Assembly (NCBI GenBank): GCA_002269645.1
Contig: NIVC01001888.1
Location: 136,021 to 200,020, forward strand
Length of the DNA stretch: 64,000 nt
Source of the DNA: Macrostomum lignano
Taxonomy: Eukaryota
Direction of reading: 5' to 3'
This document shows, piece after piece, positions 59,199 through 64,000 of the stretch. Position 1 is the stretch's first letter, and each line of letters begins with the position of its first letter. The notes under the pieces are model-generated. The model saw only the letters and a list, made by a program, of their open reading frames with translations, ran no database searches and was not told the DNA's origin. A program made the translations under genes and the position numbers.

Positions 59199-62100
59199 CT
59201 ACAGGCCGCCCGACAAGTCACCAGCCGAAGCTTGCAGGCCAGGCGACCTGCGTCGTCCAACGCGAACGCCGACTAGTTGCCGAGACACCTCCGCCATCTG
59301 CTGCCCGTCGACATCTTCTGCAGCCTTCGTCGCGTCCGCTTCGTCTTCCCCAGACGAAGACGACCGTAGCGACATGGTCGAGTTCGACCGGCGCGACAAG
59401 CCGTTTCCAAGGACGCCGTCACCGTTGCGACTAGACGAAGCTGTGGCGGCGCGAAGCAACGGCAGAGCGGAATATTCGACATCCCGGCTGGTGGCGTCGC
59501 CGACGGCGCGTTGGTCGCCGTTGCCGACGCCGCGGCTGGTCAAGACGAAGCAGCGATCAATGCCGCAGTTTCGAACGGCGCCAGCGTCGCCGGATTCGAA
59601 CGGCGAAGCGGCATCAACGCGGTTGCGCGGTAGAAACCGGACCCGATCGAGCGGTATTAGAAACAAAAGAATAGCAAATGCTACGCAGCAGTGCCAGCCG
59701 GAGTGCACTAAATAGTAATTGGACCGCGTGTTCAGCAGGGCGAACATGGCGAATCCGGCTAGGGCGAGGCAGCCGCCAGGAAGCAGGCTGGTTAGAATGA
59801 GCCGCCGCGGCGGATAGCAGCGCTTGCTTGTGTAGCAACGGCAGGTCTAAATAATTATCGAATCAAAGTGATGTCAATTCAGAAATAAATAAAAATAAAA
59901 ATTTAAAACTTATTCAAATCAAAAATCGAAAATCAAAAAACTTTTTCAAAATTTTGCTTTGTAAGTTTATACTGTAGCAAACTTCAGACAATCCATGGGT
60001 GAGGAACGTGTGTCCATGGTTGAGGAACGTGTGTCCATGGGTGAGGAACGTGTGTCCATGGGTGAGGAACATGTGTACAAGGGTGAGGAACGTGTGTCCA
60101 TGGGTGAGGAACGTGTGTCCATGGGTGAGGAACGTGTGTCCATGGGTGAGGAACGTGTGTCCATGGGTGAGGAACGTGTGTCCATGGGTGAGGAACGTGT
60201 GTCCATGGGTGAGGAACGTGTGTCCATGGGTGAGGAACGTGTGTCCAAGGGTGAGGAACGTGTGTCCATGGGTGAGGAACATGTGTCCAAGGGTGAGGAA
60301 CGTGTGTCCATGGGTGAGGAACGTGTGTCCATGGGTGAGGAACGTGTGTCCATGGGTGAGGAACGTGTGTCCATGGGTGAGGACGGGGGAGTATGTTCGC
60401 GCGGTTTAAAGTCAACTAAGCGAAATCAGTCATCTTCACTACTCATTTGACAACAGCGCAACGCTTGATGCAGCTGTTGCTTCACTTGTCTCTTTCTTAA
60501 ACAAAAAATAGCAACCATGCGCGTTCACACTACTGAAAAGTTTTTGATGTCGCGGATTTTTTTACTGCTGCGTTGAGCTCAATGGTTTTGCTGATCTAGA
60601 GAATAAAGGATCTATGCTCTAGAGAAGTGTTCCGATTTTGTTTAACTAATACTTTCCACTTCATAATCATAACTGAGCAAATAATGAGATAATCTGCGGC
60701 ACAGCCCTCACCCAGGAAAGGATTAGCGCCGCAAAGCCGACACCCAGCGGGACAGCAATTATAACAAAGCTAGTCCGATTGATCAGCACGCCAATCATTA
60801 GGAACAGCGAGCCGGCAGTTTGCGCCAGCTGTTTCAACTGCGGCGTCAGGTCCACCAGTAGGAGTAGAGTAACCCATAGGCTGAGAAAAGCGCCGAGAAA
60901 GTCCAGCTTGCCAAGAGTATCGAATTGGAAGACGCACAGCTGATTCACGTAGTTGTTGTCGCAGGCGTGGTAAAACTGGTAATGCCAGGGAGATGCGGTT
61001 CAAAATGGAGATGAGGGGCAGATTGAGGGTCAGGGACAGTAAGGGTCAATGAGGATTAGTCAGGAGGTGGAAGAGTCAGGGTCAGGGAGTGTCAGAGAGG
61101 GAGGAGTCAAGAGGAGAGAGTCAAGATGGAAGATTTTGGATGCGGGAGACAGGATTGGAGTCAGAATAGTAGTCATGATGAGGAGTCAGGATGGCGAGGA
61201 GTCAGAATGGGGAGTCAGGATGGGTAGGAGTCATGATGGGGAGTCAGGATGGGGAGGAGCCAGAATGGGGAGTCAGGATGGGTAGGAGTCAGGATGGGGA
61301 GTCAGGATGGGAGAGTCAGGATGGGGAGTCAGGATGGGGAGTCAGGATGGGTAGGAGTCATGATGGGGAGTCAGGATGGGGAGTCAGGATGGGTAGGAGT
61401 CATGATGGGGAGTCAGGATGGGGAGTCAGGATGGGTAGGAGTCATGATGGGGAGTCATGATGGGGAGTCAGGATGGGGAGTCAGGATGGGTAGGAGTCAT
61501 GATGGGGAGTCAGGATGGAGAGGAATCATGATGGGGAGTCAGGATGGAGAGGAGTCATGATGGGGAGTCAGAATGGGTAGGAGTCAGGATGGGGAGTCAG
61601 GATGGGGAGTCAGAATGGGGAGTCAGAATGGGGAGTCAGGATGGGGAGTCAGGATGGGTAGGAATCATGATGGGGAGTCAGGATGGAGATGAATCATGAT
61701 GGGGAGTCAGGATGGAGAGGAATCATGATGGGGAGTCAGGATGGAGAGGAATCATGATGGGGAGTCAGGATGGAGAGGAATCATGATGGGGAGTCAGGAT
61801 GGAGAGGAATCATGATGGGAGTCAGGATGGGTAGGAGTCATGATGGGGAGTCAGAATGGGTAGGAGTCATGATGGGGAGTCAGAATGGGTAGGTGTCATG
61901 ATGGGGAGTCAGGATGGGGAGTCAGGATGGGGAGTCAGGATGGGGAGAATTCATGATGGGGAGTCAGGATGGGAGAGTCAGGATGGGAAAGAGTCAGGAT
62001 GGGGAGTCATGATGGGGAGTCAGGATGGAGAGGAGTCATGATGGGGAGTCAGGATGGAGAGTCAGGATGGGAGATTCAGGATGGGAGAGTCAGGATGAGG

Positions 62101-63686
62101 GAGTCAGAATGGGAGAGTCATGATGGGAGAGTCAGGATGGGTAGTCAGGATGAGAGAGTCAGGATGGGGAGTCAGGATGGGAGAGTCAAGATGGGAGAGT
62201 CAGGATGAGAGAGTCATGATGGGGAGTCAGGATGGGAGATTCAGGATGGGAGATTCAGGATGGGAGAGTCAGGATGGGGAGTCAGGATGGGAGAGTCAGG
62301 ATGGGAGATTCAGGATGGAGAGTCAGGATGGGGAGTCAGGATGGGGAGTCATGATGGGAGAGTCAGGATGGGGAGTCAGGATGGGAGGGGTCAGGATGAG
62401 AGAGTCAGGATGGGGAGTCAGGATGGGAGATTCAGGATGGGAGATTCAGGATGGGAGATTCAGGATGGGAGAGTCAGGATGGGGAGTCAGGATGGGGAGT
62501 CAGGATGGGAGATTCAGGATGGGAGAGTCAGGATGGGAGTCAGGATGGGAGTCAGGATGGGAAAGAGTCAGGATGGGAGATTCAGGATTGGAGATTCAGG
62601 ATGGGAGATTCAGGATGGGAGAGTCAGGATGGGAGATTCAGGATGGGGAGTCAGGATGGGGAGTCAGGATGGGAGAGTCAGGATGGAGAGTCAGGATGGA
62701 GAGTCAGGATGGGGAGTCAGGATGGGAGAGTCAGAATGGGAGATTCAGGATGGGAGAGTCAGGATGGGGAGTCAGGATGGGAGTCAGGATGGGAAAGAGT
62801 CAGGATGGGGAGTCAGGATGGGAGAGTCAGGATGGGAGATTCAGGATGGGAGAGTCAGGATGGAGAGTCAGGATGGGAGATTCAGGATGGGGAGTCAGGA
62901 TGGGAGAGTCAGGATGGGGAGTCATGATGGGGAGTCAGGATGGAGAGGAATCATGATGGAGAGTCAGGATGGGTAGGAATCATGATGGGGAGTCAGGATG
63001 GAGAGGAATCATGATGGAGAGTCAGGATGGGTAGGAATCATGATGGGGAGTCAGGATGGAGAGAATTCATGATGGGGAGTCAGGATGGGGAGTCAGGATG
63101 GGTAGGAATCATGATGGGGAGTCAGGATGGGAGAGTCAGGATGGGAGATTCAGGATGGGAGAGTCAGGATGGGGAGTCAGGATGGAGGCGGTCAGGATGA
63201 GAGAGTCAGGATGGAGAGTCAGGATGAGAGAGTCATGATGGGGAGTCAGGATGGGAGATTCAGGATGGGAGATTCAGGATGGGAGAGTCAGGATGGGAAA
63301 GAGTCAGGATGGGGAGTCAGGATGGAGAGGAGTCAGGATGGGAGATTCAGGATGGGAGATTCAGGATGGGAGAGCCAAGATGAGGGAGGCTCACCGCAGA
63401 GGCTAGCATGGCAGCGCAGTAGATGAGGGCTTCAACCAGCAGGCCGCGGCGGAAGGCCAAGGCCACGGTAGGCAGGAAGGCGGCATTGCTGAGGCAGAGC
63501 AGCAGCAGGGAGGTCAGCGGATCGGGGCTGCTGGGCACGCGGAGCCTCGCACAGGTCGCCAGCGAAGCCATCGTAGCAGCGGCAGATGCGGACGGTCATC
63601 GATGCAATGGACTGCTTGTCACATGGCCACCATTTAAGCATTTTGATGGACAATCCGTGGTTCGAATCGTTAAGGTAATCTCTGCT
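59199..63686 (-). pseudogene. TMEM8: Second TMEM8 copy (3' exons 63686-63395, 60975-60712, 59846-59199); keeps the long C-terminal tail but is frameshifted as sequenced
   Basis: Exons are near-identical to the + copy. A 1-nt deletion near 63625 leads to a TGA near 63598, and there is a 1-nt insertion near 63540. These could be base-call errors. 5' exons lie beyond the window. Confidence 0.65.
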
Positions 63687-64000
63687 CTGCAGTTTGAGCG
63701 GGTTACAAACGGGTGCTAAGATACGTTCTGGAGGTTTCCTGAATTTTCCTTTATCAATTCTTTCCTCTATCTTCGACTTACATGTGACCTTCATATCCCG
63801 TTCGCTGCACTTCTTTACCTCGATTCAGCTTTTCCCATCTTTTAATTCCCTCTGCTTTTTCTTGCCTTTCAATCTGCTTGCCTCTCCTTCATCTCTTGCC
63901 CTTTCCTTAATCTCTTGCCCTCTCCCTTCATCTCTTGCCCTTTTTCCTTAATCTCTTGCTCTCCTCATCTCTCTTGCCCTTTCTTAATCTCTTGCCTCTC

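Larger units (their letters stand above)
49390..64000. other. Large inverted duplication: left arm at least 49390-53679, right arm 59512 to beyond 64000, spacer 53680-59511
   Basis: Three TMEM8 exons and their introns recur in reverse complement. Homology stops exactly at ...GGCGACCA. Confidence 0.93.

Overview
Eukaryotic (metazoan) genomic DNA, very likely the flatworm Macrostomum. The basis is a 44-nt sequence at 18232-18275 (-) that matches the M. lignano spliced leader as I recall it; this needs a BLAST check. Host genes with spliced models built by hand: two copies of an 80-aa secreted cationic prepropeptide (antimicrobial-peptide-like), an unnamed 2-exon RING-finger gene, COX19, a probable small membrane-protein gene, PRP19 (4 exons), NEK9 (3 exons) and two tail-to-tail TMEM8/PGAP6-like copies. 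Long introns are filled with tandem repeats, so most long ORFs in the ORF track are spurious. Mobile DNA includes a decayed piggyBac in a palindrome, a full-length RTE-type LINE, tRNA-derived SINEs, hAT elements and MITEs with 8-bp TSDs, an LTR with a tRNA-Leu PBS, and a spliced Crypton/DUF3504-type tyrosine recombinase gene. Most notable observations: (1) the LINE insertion, bounded by a 9-bp TSD, begins with the spliced leader, so an SL-capped retrotransposon RNA was reverse-transcribed into the genome; (2) an apparently unnamed charge-balanced AMP-like gene is duplicated, with one copy in the loop of a piggyBac/satellite palindrome; (3) the recombinase gene is flanked on both sides by palindromes sharing GGCAATGGCC and lies in the spacer of a large inverted duplication whose breakpoint is a hAT-like terminus. 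No database searches were run. The palindromes could in part be assembly artefacts.
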